A stretch of DNA of 27,811 nt from a virus (IMGVR_UViG_3300030332_000525:1-27811); one strand, 5' to 3'; counted from the first letter of the stretch, positions 17,348 to 27,279 are shown. Notes: a model not told the origin generated them from the sequence alone. Numbers and translations: made by a program.

Positions 17348-18904
17348 ATGAAACAAAAAAGTTTAATAGAAGCGCACAATAATACTATAAAAAGATTATC
17401 AGATATTTCGCAAACACGACGAGCCTCAGATTTAGATTTTCTTACTAGATCGAGTATTAATTATAGAGATGCTCAATTTTCTCCTTCTTCAGCAAATGAA
17501 AATGAAGATGAAAAATTAACTATAAAAGTAAAAGACGCTTTTATAGAGGAAGCAGAAAGAGTAGGTGGGGTTATAGATGCACAAACTCGATTAAATAGTC
17601 AACTCCCTAATTTAAGTAATCCTGAAATTAAAACTTTAAATAGATATACAAATGATTATTTTAAACGTTTAAAACAAATAGGAGAAGTTGGTGGTTATTT
17701 AAGTGTAGCTACAGAAGAATTACAACCTGATAATTTACCTAATTTTATGGCAGATTGGCCTAATTATAATATAAATGGTTATAATGAACGTGATAGAGAT
17801 AATAATTTATTTCAAGCTTCAGGATGGGCAAATGATTTTGATTATTATGATGATGTAAAAGTTAAAAAAGATTTCTATTTTCAGCCTACTGCTGGAGGAG
17901 AAAAGACTGTTTTAACTCAAGATATTTATATAGATCCATTAGGAAAAACTTTTAAAGATTTTTTACATAATAAACCTTATATTATAGATGATTTTTTAGC
18001 AAATAAAAATTTAGAACAAGATGAAACTGGAAAACATTGGTATAAGATATCGGGAGAAGTAGATTCTGATTCAGTAGTTAATTTAAATATATTAGATCAT
18101 TTTATAAGTGATGTTCCTGCAGGAATGAAATTAGGCGATGCTTTTGAAAATGCGGAATTAACTAAAAATGGTACATTACAACCTCAATATTTTTTAGGAG
18201 GTTCACCTATATCTAGCGATAATGAAACTCCTGAAGAAGATACTGCGGTAAAAATGCCTATGTATACAGTTAAGGAAAATAAAATGGGTAGGAATTTAAT
18301 AAAATTTATTAATACTGAAGCTATCAATGCTAATCCAGCATATAATAGTGAAGTAAATGCTCATATGGCAGGAGTATTTGCCAATGGGGGAGGAAACCCA
18401 GGAGTATTATATGGCTATGCTAATAATAGATTAGGTATAGATTTACCTATAGGATTTTTTGACTATATTACACCTGAAGAAAAAGCATTATATGAAAGTT
18501 TATCTCCAGAAGAAAAAACAGGGTATATGGGATTAAGAGAGAAATTTAATACTTTAAATAAAACTAATAAACGAAATATAGGATTAGTTAATGCTCAAAA
18601 AGCATGGTTTTTACAACGTACATTTGAAAATAATTTAGATAGAAAACTACCTCAACAAGTAGGAGATAATGAACCTTCTATAGTTAAAGATATACTAACT
18701 GATAAAACAGAACAAGGTAAAGATATGATAGAATTTCTTAATAAAAATAATATGCCTATCCCTGAATTTTATAGAATTATGTTAGGTATACAAGAATGGC
18801 AAGCTGGGATGCCGGTGTTTTATCAAAAATTACCCGAAGAACTTAAAAATTTACCAAAGAAACCATCACCAAAACAAAAAGAGTTTATTAAAAAATATTC
18901 TTAA
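17348..18904 (+). CDS. Hypothetical protein, probable second ejection/internal virion protein
   Basis: 518-aa ORF between the small and giant ejection-like genes; no motif recognised. Confidence 0.5.
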   Translation: MKQKSLIEAHNNTIKRLSDISQTRRASDLDFLTRSSINYRDAQFSPSSANENEDEKLTIKVKDAFIEEAERVGGVIDAQTRLNSQLPNLSNPEIKTLNRYTNDYFKRLKQIGEVGGYLSVATEELQPDNLPNFMADWPNYNINGYNERDRDNNLFQASGWANDFDYYDDVKVKKDFYFQPTAGGEKTVLTQDIYIDPLGKTFKDFLHNKPYIIDDFLANKNLEQDETGKHWYKISGEVDSDSVVNLNILDHFISDVPAGMKLGDAFENAELTKNGTLQPQYFLGGSPISSDNETPEEDTAVKMPMYTVKENKMGRNLIKFINTEAINANPAYNSEVNAHMAGVFANGGGNPGVLYGYANNRLGIDLPIGFFDYITPEEKALYESLSPEEKTGYMGLREKFNTLNKTNKRNIGLVNAQKAWFLQRTFENNLDRKLPQQVGDNEPSIVKDILTDKTEQGKDMIEFLNKNNMPIPEFYRIMLGIQEWQAGMPVFYQKLPEELKNLPKKPSPKQKEFIKKYS

Positions 18905-18913
18905 TTAAATTAT

Positions 18914-21900
18914 ATGGTTGACGAAAACAATATCTGGGATGAATTACCTGGGACTGATGTAATAACACAAGAAGAAGATGAAGAAAATCAGAAACAAGAA
19001 GAAATAGAGACTGCGGAAGTAGAAGAAGTCCCTATTATTGAAGACGTAGAAACAGATGCAGATGTTTTACTTAATGAAGAATGGAATAATTTAGATGGAG
19101 AGGAAACAAAAATAATAGAAGATAGTAGTCCTATAGATATCCCAATAACGGGTTCTAATATAAATATAAATGGTGTATCGGTTGCAGTAGATCTAGAACA
19201 AGAAAAGAAAGGAAAAGAAGAATGGAATACTCAAAATGAAGAAATAGCAACACAAATAAATGAAATAAAGGATAATCCTGTTTATACTCCCGATGGAACA
19301 GTAGATATAAAAGCCACACAAGAAGCTATTGATAATGTCCCACAAAATCAAGGATTAATTCTAAAACAAGAAGTTGAAGAAGATGAAGAATCTGTATTAG
19401 ACTTAAGAAATAAAGTGAAGTCTTCTAAATTGCGGCTTGAAGAAGAAGTTATTGATGATGATACTTCTTTTAATTGTCAAGAAGCCCTTGTAAAGTTTTA
19501 TGCCGGAGAGTTAGAAGCTAAAGATATATCTGATTGTGTAGACGTAAAGCCTGAAATTAAAGACGCTGTAATGGATAATTTTATTCCTAAAGATACTGAA
19601 GGGAAAAATTTATATAAAACATTAGAGGAGTATCTTTTAACTTTAACCATAGATAATCCTGAGACGGGAGAAATTGATGAAAGTATTAATCCCGAAACAG
19701 GGATGACATATATAGATGAAGCAATTTTCAAAGCAATAAAGACAAGTTATTATAATGATGCTGTAGTAAAACAAACTATTAAAAATGAAGAAAATGATTT
19801 ACTTACATCTCCAAATACAATTTCTAAAGCAAATGAATTACAATCTTTATATTTTTCTTTTCCTGATGTAGAAGAAAAAATAAATAAATTAACTACAGGC
19901 TTAGAGAGTATAAATGCTCAACTTGTTATAGACGAAGATAATATTGCTCGATTAGCAGACAAAGATGCCCAAAAAGCCTGGGAAAAAACAGTCAAAGAAA
20001 GACAAGAGTTATGTAAAACAGTAGGTATATTTTGTGAAGCAGAGTGGTATAAACCTCCTACTTATGATCTAATTAATCAATACAATAGAAAAATAAAAGA
20101 AATTCAAAATATAGCAAAAAGTAGAAATGTCAAAATTACACAACTTAATGCATTATTAGAAGGTAAAGAGGGAGATTATCCTGAAGATTTACAAAATAGG
20201 GTTGAACAATATCAAACAGCTTTTACTAATTATATTAATGAAGAATATTCAAAACGATTAAGTAGTAATAAAACTCTTACTACTAAATATAAAGAATATG
20301 GAATTGTAGCAGATAAACTGCTCCCAGATATCATTAAACAACATGGTAGACTTCATCGTCCTGAATTAAGGGGAATTGATATAAGAAGTGATTATTGGGA
20401 GAATCAAAAAGAAATGAGTGCATTAGAAGTAGCTAAGCAAATGTTTACTAATATAAAACATAATTTCATACTCTCTACCCAAGGAAAGGATAAAGAAAAA
20501 ATAAATATTTTATCAGAAATTCCACAATTTGAAAAAGGTAAGTTAAATATTGAAGAAAATAAAATTTTATTTAGAGAAACAACTAATAAATTCCTAGCGG
20601 AAACCAATATCGCTCTTAGAGATTTTTTTGGTGATCGAGCTCGCTTTTCTAAAGATCGTGATAATATAAATAATTTAATAGAAACAACTCCGGTAACTTT
20701 AGACATGACAATTGGTGAAGCCGCTAAACATAGTAGTATCATTAAAGGAATGTTCAGATATTATAACCAAGGAATGTCCTCTTTTGGTCAAGAATTTAAT
20801 GAAAATATGACCGTTAAAGAATTTAGAGATAGTTTTAATATAGGAATTGAAGATATTAAAGCTTTAGAATTAGATGATTATGAAAATTGGGTTAATGCTT
20901 ATGAAGAAATGTCTTTTTTAAAGGATCTAAAAATAGATGAAGATTTTTTAAGCATAGAAGGTTTCATGCAACATTTAGGAATGGCTTATAACCAAGCATT
21001 GCATATGGTCCCATCATATGCTGGTCAAGCAATGATGATGGCAGGTACTGGAATGAGTTTTATTCCACTACCTCAAACACAAGTTGCAAGTAAAGGCTTA
21101 ATGATTGGTGGTGGAGCGCTTATGGCTGCAGGTGCGAGTATACAAGGGGCTATGACATATAGTAATGTATTTATGGAAGGTGTTAGAATACAACTTACTG
21201 AAGAATTAGGCCAACAACCTACTGCACAACAATTTTTTGAAGCCTTACAAGATCCTAAATATGGGGATCAATTAGCTGCTGCTGGGGCTGGGCTTTCAGT
21301 AATGGGTAGTGAATTTTTCTCTGATCTTATATTTTCTCGAGTTGGTGGTAAAGCAGGTACTTGGATGTTTACAAATTCTACTACAAGGAAAATGATGCAA
21401 AATTCTCTCCAGAAATATATAATAAATTTTGGAACTAGCGCTGGTGTATATGGATTAAATATGTATAAAGAATGGGGAGTAGAAGGTTTTCAAGAATGGT
21501 TAGAACAAGGGTTTACACATATGGCTATAGGACAAGATAATCCTTTTACCTCTAATATAGATTGGGATCAAATATCAGAAGCCGCTGAGGGTGGATGGGA
21601 TTTAAGTAAATTATTTGGAATAAGCACGGCAGGTGGCGCATTATTAGGGCAAAGTGGTATAAGTGATATAATGATAGGTAGTTATAATAGTAGAGCAAAA
21701 GCCATAGTGTCAAAATTACGCTTAGATCCAGGCAGCAAAACTGCTTCCACAGTTGAAAAATTATTGCAAAACTTAAAAAATGATATTAATAATGATGGAA
21801 GTTTAAATAAAAAACAAAAAAATGATCAAATTTTATCTTTATCAAATATAAGGTCTGCAGCATTATCTGTTTCTCCTGAATTTAGATCGCAAACTAGATT

Positions 21901-24900
21901 AAAACTTATTAATTTAATTATTGAACAAAAAAATCTAGAAAAAAATATAAAACGTGTTAATAATAAACAAGCAAGTGTATTAGAAATTGAAAGAAAAAAT
22001 GAGGTTGATGCACAAATACAAGAAATTATATTAGCTGAACATGCATATCAGCAAGCGCTGCAAGGAACTACTCAAGCTATGGGTATATTTGGTGTGGGTG
22101 CAGAAGATCCAATAATTAAAGGATCTGAAGGAAAGCAGCCTTTAGAAGATTTGGATGCTTTAGTTACTAAATGGCAACAAGGAGCTGGAGATGTCGATGT
22201 CCAAAATGACATCCTGCCGCAATTTGAAGCAGCTGTAATAAGTTCATTAAAAAGATGGGGAGTAACTAATGGAAGAAACATAACTTTTGATTTAAAAAAC
22301 CCTGAAGTAATAAAAGAAATAAAGCAAGAGGTTGGCCAAGAGCTCTGGAGTTTTATAGAAAACTTTGATAAAACTAAAAGTGCTGCTACAACATATACAG
22401 CTAATATAGCAAAAAGAATAGGGCCTCGATTAGTTGATATTTTAGCTAGACCAAAAAGTCAAAAGGAAATGACCGCGCAGGAAATGGAAAATATTGCTGC
22501 ACAAGAAACTGAAGAAGTTACAGGAGAAGAATTCCAAGAAACTGGATTACCATCGTCTGTAGCAGTAGTAGAAAAACAATTAGCCGATAGTAGGCCAAAT
22601 ATTTTAGCTAAAACTAAAGAAGATATAAAATCATTTATTGCTAGTAGTTTAGGTAAAGTAAAAGAAATTGGTAAGAAAGGTAAAACGGCAATAATAAAAC
22701 TTACCCCCACTGCTCTTGCACAATCTTTAGTAGAGGCTGCTGGATCTACTAAAACTAGACAAATATTAGCAAAAGATATAGGTGGATATAATACTAATAA
22801 ATATAAAAAGTTTGTAAAAGAGGCTATAGAGGGAGGACTTATAAGTACTATTCCTTTTGCCACTATGAAGAAAAGATTGGGTACTGTTCCAGGGTTTAAT
22901 ATAGAAAAAATAGGTAGAGAAACTTTAGGAGCTGGCACGGGTATTTATAAACTTTCAGGTTTACAGGAGCAAGCTTTAATAGATTTTTATACTAGCGATA
23001 AAGTAAAACCAGAAACACGTCAAGGGAGATATAAGTCTTTTGTAGGAATGTTAGCAGAAAGTATGGCTATTGAGCAGTTCCAAGAAATGAAAACTGATAA
23101 AGATTTCATGAAAGATTTATCTATTTCATTAGAAGAAGCCGGAATTGAAATGACAGCTGAGGAATTTATTGACCAAGTAGAAAAGAAATTAGATAAAAGA
23201 ACTAAAGAAAAAAGATCTTTAGATATTATAGAAAGCAAATTAGATAAAGGAATAACTCAATTAGATAAATATATAAAAGATAACCAGGGGATTTTATATA
23301 GTGGAGTGCCTATAGCCGCGGCGGCGGCCCAAGCAGTACGTGGGGGTTTTAAAATATTAAAGAGTACTTATCAAAAAACTAAATCTATAGCTAAAGCAAT
23401 CAAAGCTGCTATTAATTATTTACAAAAGAAATTTAAAAATTTATCTCGAACTAAAATAAAACAAATTTGGGAAACAGAAGTAAATGAACAATCTTTAAAA
23501 GATAATACAATAGATATAGATGCTTTAATTGATGCCTATATAGACCAAGGAATAAAGAATAAAGGTATTGCATATGAAAACGTTGTATATGATGCAGCTA
23601 ATAAAGTAAAAAATACTATATTTAAAGTTATTGGAAAACAAACAGAAAAAGGTGGGGCTGCTGATTTCATGTCCAAATTATCAGGATTTGATTTTAATGT
23701 AGAAATTAAAATGGAAACATCTCGATTTGGCAGTGTTCTTATGAAAATATTACCAAATGGTAATATAAAATTTGCGACAGATTATGATTTTAACCCTGAA
23801 TTAGAAAAAGCACTAAAAAAGAATAAGAAAAATATACAGGCCTTTAGAAACAGGGCCGAACAGCTAGGTCAAAATATGGAAGATTTTGATAATGGCATTA
23901 TTGATAAAAAAATATGGGAACAATTAAAAAAAGAAGGGTATTTAAAAAATGCTAGAACAATAGTTACATTAGATGCAAAAGAGGTTGTAGGTGGTTATTA
24001 TTTAGCTCAAAAATATCCTTCTGAATATATGAATATAAAAGGAAAAGGACTTGTAGCTCTTGGGAATGATCCATTAGGATTAGGAGTCCCTACTTTGGAC
24101 GGAACAGTAGATATTGAAGTTGGAATAAATACTTCAGGAACTATATATAAAAAAGTAAAAGGGAAAAAACCTCTAGATACCGGAAATAGATCATTTAGTC
24201 TTAGGGCAAAACCATTTAGATTAAGCAATGTTAGTAAATCTAATTATAATATAGACACAACTGCGGGAATAAATAAACTTTTAAACAGTAAACAAGTACA
24301 ATTATTAAAAGATAAGCAAAAAGCAGCAGCTAAAGGGCCTGGTAATAATATTTCTCAACCTTCTAATTCACCAAATCAAAGAAAAGAAACTTTAGAAAAT
24401 TCTTTAGATACTAAAGTAAATGCGCAAAAAGTAAATAAAAAGAAAAAAGGCATTAGTGTATTTGATATGGATGATACTTTAGCGAAAACTAAAGAACAGG
24501 TTTTAGTTTCAATGCCTGATGGTACATTAAGAAGATTAACCCCAGCACAATTTGCGGAACAAGCAGACATATTAACTGAGCAGGGAGCGGAGTTTGATTT
24601 TTCTCAGTTTGAAGATGTTAAAGGAGCCAAAAAAGGACCATTGGCAGATCTTGCTTTACGTAGACAAGCTAAGTTTGGGAGTGGTGATATTTATGTTCTT
24701 ACGGCTAGACCACAAGCATCAGCACAAAATATAAAATTATTTTTAGACAGTATAGGTTTAAATATACCAATAGAAAATATAATAGGATTAGAAAATGGTA
24801 CTCCTCAGGCAAAAGCCCAATGGGTATTATCTAAAACTCAAGAAGGCTATAATGACTTTTATTTTGCTGATGATTCAAAAATGAATGTAAAAGCAGTTAA

Positions 24901-27193
24901 ACAAATTTTAGATCAAGTAGATGTTAAATCTAAAGTGCAACAAGCTATAGCTGATAAAGCTACAAATCTTGATAAAGAGTTTAACGAGATGTTAGAAGAA
25001 ACTGAAGGGGTGAAATCTCAGGCAGAATATTCTAGAATTAGGGCCCAATTAGAAGGAAAGAAAAAAGATAAAGGATTTTTTAAATGGTTAGGTAAACAAT
25101 TAACTATTACACCTTCAGCTGAAGATTTCTTAGGATTAATGTATGACCTAATAGGCAGCGGCAGGCAAGGCAATAGACATGCCAAATGGATTAGAGATAA
25201 CTTAATTAACCCTTTTAATAAAGCTGAACAACAAATTTTATCTGCTAAAACTAGTGTAGCTAATGATTTTGCTGCACTTAAAAACGCCTTTCCATCTTTA
25301 AAATCAACTATTAAGGGAAACCCTTTAATGGATCAAATTGGTGTTGGTCCATATACTAAATCTCACGCGATGAGGGTATATATGTGGAACAAACAAGGTA
25401 TGGAAATTCCTGGTCTTTCTAAACGTGATCAAAATGCTTTAGTTAAAGCTGTAGAAAATGATATGGAGCTTATGTCATTTGCAGATAATGTTATTTTAAT
25501 ACAAAAAGATAAGCAATACCCAGCCCCAACTAATAATTGGGCCGGAGGAACAATTGATAGCGACATAATGTCTAGTATAGATAAAACTTTTAGACGCCAA
25601 GTTATGACCGAATTTGATGAAAATACTAAAATTATATTCTCAGAGAAGAACTTGTTTAAGTTAGAAGCCACTTTTGGTAAGAAATGGGTTGAAGCTTTAA
25701 AAGATAGTTTACGTAGAATGAAGTCCGGTAGTAATAGACCAGTATATCAAGGCGGTGGTTCTAGAATTGTAAATGAATTATTAGATTGGTTAAATGGTTC
25801 TGTTGGAGCTATTATGTTCGTAAATATGCGGTCTGGTTTGCTTCAAATCATATCTAATATAAATTTTATAAACTGGGGTGATAATAATATCTATGCGGCC
25901 GCGAAAGCTTTTGCTAGTGCAGAATATTGGCCTACAGTATTAAAATTAATGAATTCTGATTATTTAGTTAATAGACGTGATGGATTAAAAATAAATGTTA
26001 ATGAAGCTGAATTAGCGAATGCCGCTAAAGATGGTGGAATGAAAGGGGCTATTAATTATTTATTAGATAAAGGATTTATTATAACTAGAATAATGGATAG
26101 CTTAGCTATTGCAACCGGTGGTGCAACTTTTTATATAAACAGAAGAGATGCATTATTAAAAAGACAAAATCCAGAAACAGGTAAAAAATATACTAAAGCA
26201 GAAGCAGAGACACAAGCATTTGATGATTTTTATGCTATTGCAGAAGAAACGCAACAGTCTAGTAATCCTAGTAAAATATCACAACAACAGGCTAGTTTAG
26301 CTGGTAGAGTCATATTGTCATTCCAAAATGTGACAATGCAATATAACAGGAAAGTTAAAAAAGCTATTAGGAATTTATATAATAGAAGAAAAAATCCTGG
26401 TATGACACAAAGAGAAAGTGATATGAGTAATATTTCTCAAATTGTATACTATACTACAGTGCAAAATATCATATTCCATAGTTTACAACAAACATTGTTT
26501 GCACTATTATTTGATGATGAAACAGAAGATGAAGAGAAAAATAGATTAGCTAATATTGCAAATGGTATGGCTGATTCATTATTATTTGGACTTGGATTTG
26601 GAGGTGCTGCAATCTCTACAATTAAAAATGTGCTATTACAAATAAGATACGAGAGTCAACAGAAAAGTCCTGAATATGAAGAAGCTGTATGGGCATTATT
26701 TGACTTCTCCCCAGTATTAGACTCTAAAGTTCGTAAATGGCGCACTGGTCTTAAAACATTTAGTTGGAATAGAGAAGAAATTGCTAATCGGGGGTGGAGC
26801 TTAGATAACCCAGCTTATTTAGCTGTAGCACAAATAGTTTCGGCCACTCTTAACCTTCCTATAGACAGAGTATTACGTAAGACTATGAATTTAAGGGCAG
26901 CAATGGATGAAGAAACTAGAACTTGGCAAAGAATTGCTTTAATATTAGGATGGGATACATGGAGCTTGGGTCTTCCCTATTGGGGATTACAAAGCACTAT
27001 TGCAAAAGAAGAAAAAGAAAAAGCAAAAATAAAAGCAGATTACAAAAGTGATATTAGGAAAATAAAAGCAATGGGTTATAAAAAAGTTATGAGTCGAGTT
27101 TTAAAAGATTATGATCCTAAAGATATTATAGAATTACAATCTCCTGCAGGAACTGTAGTTTATTATGCTAAAATTAAAAAGAAAAAGAAATGA
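18914..27193 (+). CDS. Giant (2759 aa) multidomain protein, probable large ejection/internal virion protein, with sigma70 region-2-like, PD-(D/E)XK-like and HAD domains
   Basis: Acidic N-terminus; G/A-rich hydrophobic helices (~21000-21680); sigma-like segment (~22140-22450); nuclease motif (E1555, D1584, E1597-x-K1599); HAD motifs I-IV (D1851, T1930, K1967, D1986/D1987); hydrophobic helical C-terminal region. Occupies the T7 gp16 position. Confidence 0.8.
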   Translation: MVDENNIWDELPGTDVITQEEDEENQKQEEIETAEVEEVPIIEDVETDADVLLNEEWNNLDGEETKIIEDSSPIDIPITGSNININGVSVAVDLEQEKKGKEEWNTQNEEIATQINEIKDNPVYTPDGTVDIKATQEAIDNVPQNQGLILKQEVEEDEESVLDLRNKVKSSKLRLEEEVIDDDTSFNCQEALVKFYAGELEAKDISDCVDVKPEIKDAVMDNFIPKDTEGKNLYKTLEEYLLTLTIDNPETGEIDESINPETGMTYIDEAIFKAIKTSYYNDAVVKQTIKNEENDLLTSPNTISKANELQSLYFSFPDVEEKINKLTTGLESINAQLVIDEDNIARLADKDAQKAWEKTVKERQELCKTVGIFCEAEWYKPPTYDLINQYNRKIKEIQNIAKSRNVKITQLNALLEGKEGDYPEDLQNRVEQYQTAFTNYINEEYSKRLSSNKTLTTKYKEYGIVADKLLPDIIKQHGRLHRPELRGIDIRSDYWENQKEMSALEVAKQMFTNIKHNFILSTQGKDKEKINILSEIPQFEKGKLNIEENKILFRETTNKFLAETNIALRDFFGDRARFSKDRDNINNLIETTPVTLDMTIGEAAKHSSIIKGMFRYYNQGMSSFGQEFNENMTVKEFRDSFNIGIEDIKALELDDYENWVNAYEEMSFLKDLKIDEDFLSIEGFMQHLGMAYNQALHMVPSYAGQAMMMAGTGMSFIPLPQTQVASKGLMIGGGALMAAGASIQGAMTYSNVFMEGVRIQLTEELGQQPTAQQFFEALQDPKYGDQLAAAGAGLSVMGSEFFSDLIFSRVGGKAGTWMFTNSTTRKMMQNSLQKYIINFGTSAGVYGLNMYKEWGVEGFQEWLEQGFTHMAIGQDNPFTSNIDWDQISEAAEGGWDLSKLFGISTAGGALLGQSGISDIMIGSYNSRAKAIVSKLRLDPGSKTASTVEKLLQNLKNDINNDGSLNKKQKNDQILSLSNIRSAALSVSPEFRSQTRLKLINLIIEQKNLEKNIKRVNNKQASVLEIERKNEVDAQIQEIILAEHAYQQALQGTTQAMGIFGVGAEDPIIKGSEGKQPLEDLDALVTKWQQGAGDVDVQNDILPQFEAAVISSLKRWGVTNGRNITFDLKNPEVIKEIKQEVGQELWSFIENFDKTKSAATTYTANIAKRIGPRLVDILARPKSQKEMTAQEMENIAAQETEEVTGEEFQETGLPSSVAVVEKQLADSRPNILAKTKEDIKSFIASSLGKVKEIGKKGKTAIIKLTPTALAQSLVEAAGSTKTRQILAKDIGGYNTNKYKKFVKEAIEGGLISTIPFATMKKRLGTVPGFNIEKIGRETLGAGTGIYKLSGLQEQALIDFYTSDKVKPETRQGRYKSFVGMLAESMAIEQFQEMKTDKDFMKDLSISLEEAGIEMTAEEFIDQVEKKLDKRTKEKRSLDIIESKLDKGITQLDKYIKDNQGILYSGVPIAAAAAQAVRGGFKILKSTYQKTKSIAKAIKAAINYLQKKFKNLSRTKIKQIWETEVNEQSLKDNTIDIDALIDAYIDQGIKNKGIAYENVVYDAANKVKNTIFKVIGKQTEKGGAADFMSKLSGFDFNVEIKMETSRFGSVLMKILPNGNIKFATDYDFNPELEKALKKNKKNIQAFRNRAEQLGQNMEDFDNGIIDKKIWEQLKKEGYLKNARTIVTLDAKEVVGGYYLAQKYPSEYMNIKGKGLVALGNDPLGLGVPTLDGTVDIEVGINTSGTIYKKVKGKKPLDTGNRSFSLRAKPFRLSNVSKSNYNIDTTAGINKLLNSKQVQLLKDKQKAAAKGPGNNISQPSNSPNQRKETLENSLDTKVNAQKVNKKKKGISVFDMDDTLAKTKEQVLVSMPDGTLRRLTPAQFAEQADILTEQGAEFDFSQFEDVKGAKKGPLADLALRRQAKFGSGDIYVLTARPQASAQNIKLFLDSIGLNIPIENIIGLENGTPQAKAQWVLSKTQEGYNDFYFADDSKMNVKAVKQILDQVDVKSKVQQAIADKATNLDKEFNEMLEETEGVKSQAEYSRIRAQLEGKKKDKGFFKWLGKQLTITPSAEDFLGLMYDLIGSGRQGNRHAKWIRDNLINPFNKAEQQILSAKTSVANDFAALKNAFPSLKSTIKGNPLMDQIGVGPYTKSHAMRVYMWNKQGMEIPGLSKRDQNALVKAVENDMELMSFADNVILIQKDKQYPAPTNNWAGGTIDSDIMSSIDKTFRRQVMTEFDENTKIIFSEKNLFKLEATFGKKWVEALKDSLRRMKSGSNRPVYQGGGSRIVNELLDWLNGSVGAIMFVNMRSGLLQIISNINFINWGDNNIYAAAKAFASAEYWPTVLKLMNSDYLVNRRDGLKINVNEAELANAAKDGGMKGAINYLLDKGFIITRIMDSLAIATGGATFYINRRDALLKRQNPETGKKYTKAEAETQAFDDFYAIAEETQQSSNPSKISQQQASLAGRVILSFQNVTMQYNRKVKKAIRNLYNRRKNPGMTQRESDMSNISQIVYYTTVQNIIFHSLQQTLFALLFDDETEDEEKNRLANIANGMADSLLFGLGFGGAAISTIKNVLLQIRYESQQKSPEYEEAVWALFDFSPVLDSKVRKWRTGLKTFSWNREEIANRGWSLDNPAYLAVAQIVSATLNLPIDRVLRKTMNLRAAMDEETRTWQRIALILGWDTWSLGLPYWGLQSTIAKEEKEKAKIKADYKSDIRKIKAMGYKKVMSRVLKDYDPKDIIELQSPAGTVVYYAKIKKKKK

Positions 27194-27279
27194 AAAAATT
27201 AATAACAGAATGTATTGATAAAATACAAGAAGCTTGGAATAAATTAATGTATAAACTAATGTTTAAAAAATACAAATAA
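27190..27279 (+). CDS. 29-aa basic amphipathic peptide MKKLITECIDKIQEAWNKLMYKLMFKKYK
   Basis: Exactly fills the gap between its neighbours: ATGA overlap with the giant gene's stop and TAATG overlap with the next start. Below the ORF track's size cutoff. Confidence 0.7.
   Translation: MKKLITECIDKIQEAWNKLMYKLMFKKYK

Noticed and set aside
19655-19702. NPETG repeated twice (and again at 26168); also TPEEK/SPEEK near 18470-18520
   Set aside because: Short, common turn or helix-cap motifs with diverged DNA; no evidence of a repeat system or sortase context.
22190-22213. GATGTC-caaaat-GACATC inverted repeat, and GC-rich gccgcggcggcggc near 23314
   Set aside because: Short stems inside coding sequence, expected by chance or from an Ala run; the +1 ORF at 22191 is only 15 codons.
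500-25671. All minus-strand ORFs in the track (e.g. 4422-4670, 10935-11237, 20404-20742, 22459-22938)
   Set aside because: Antisense shadows of long + strand genes, with S/F/L/I-rich unnatural composition, no motifs and no separate expression signals.
18914-27193. Giant protein as a virion RNA polymerase (crAss/N4 type)
   Set aside because: No DxDGD/DFDID-type catalytic motif or T7-like polymerase motifs seen; FDMDDT belongs to a HAD motif set.
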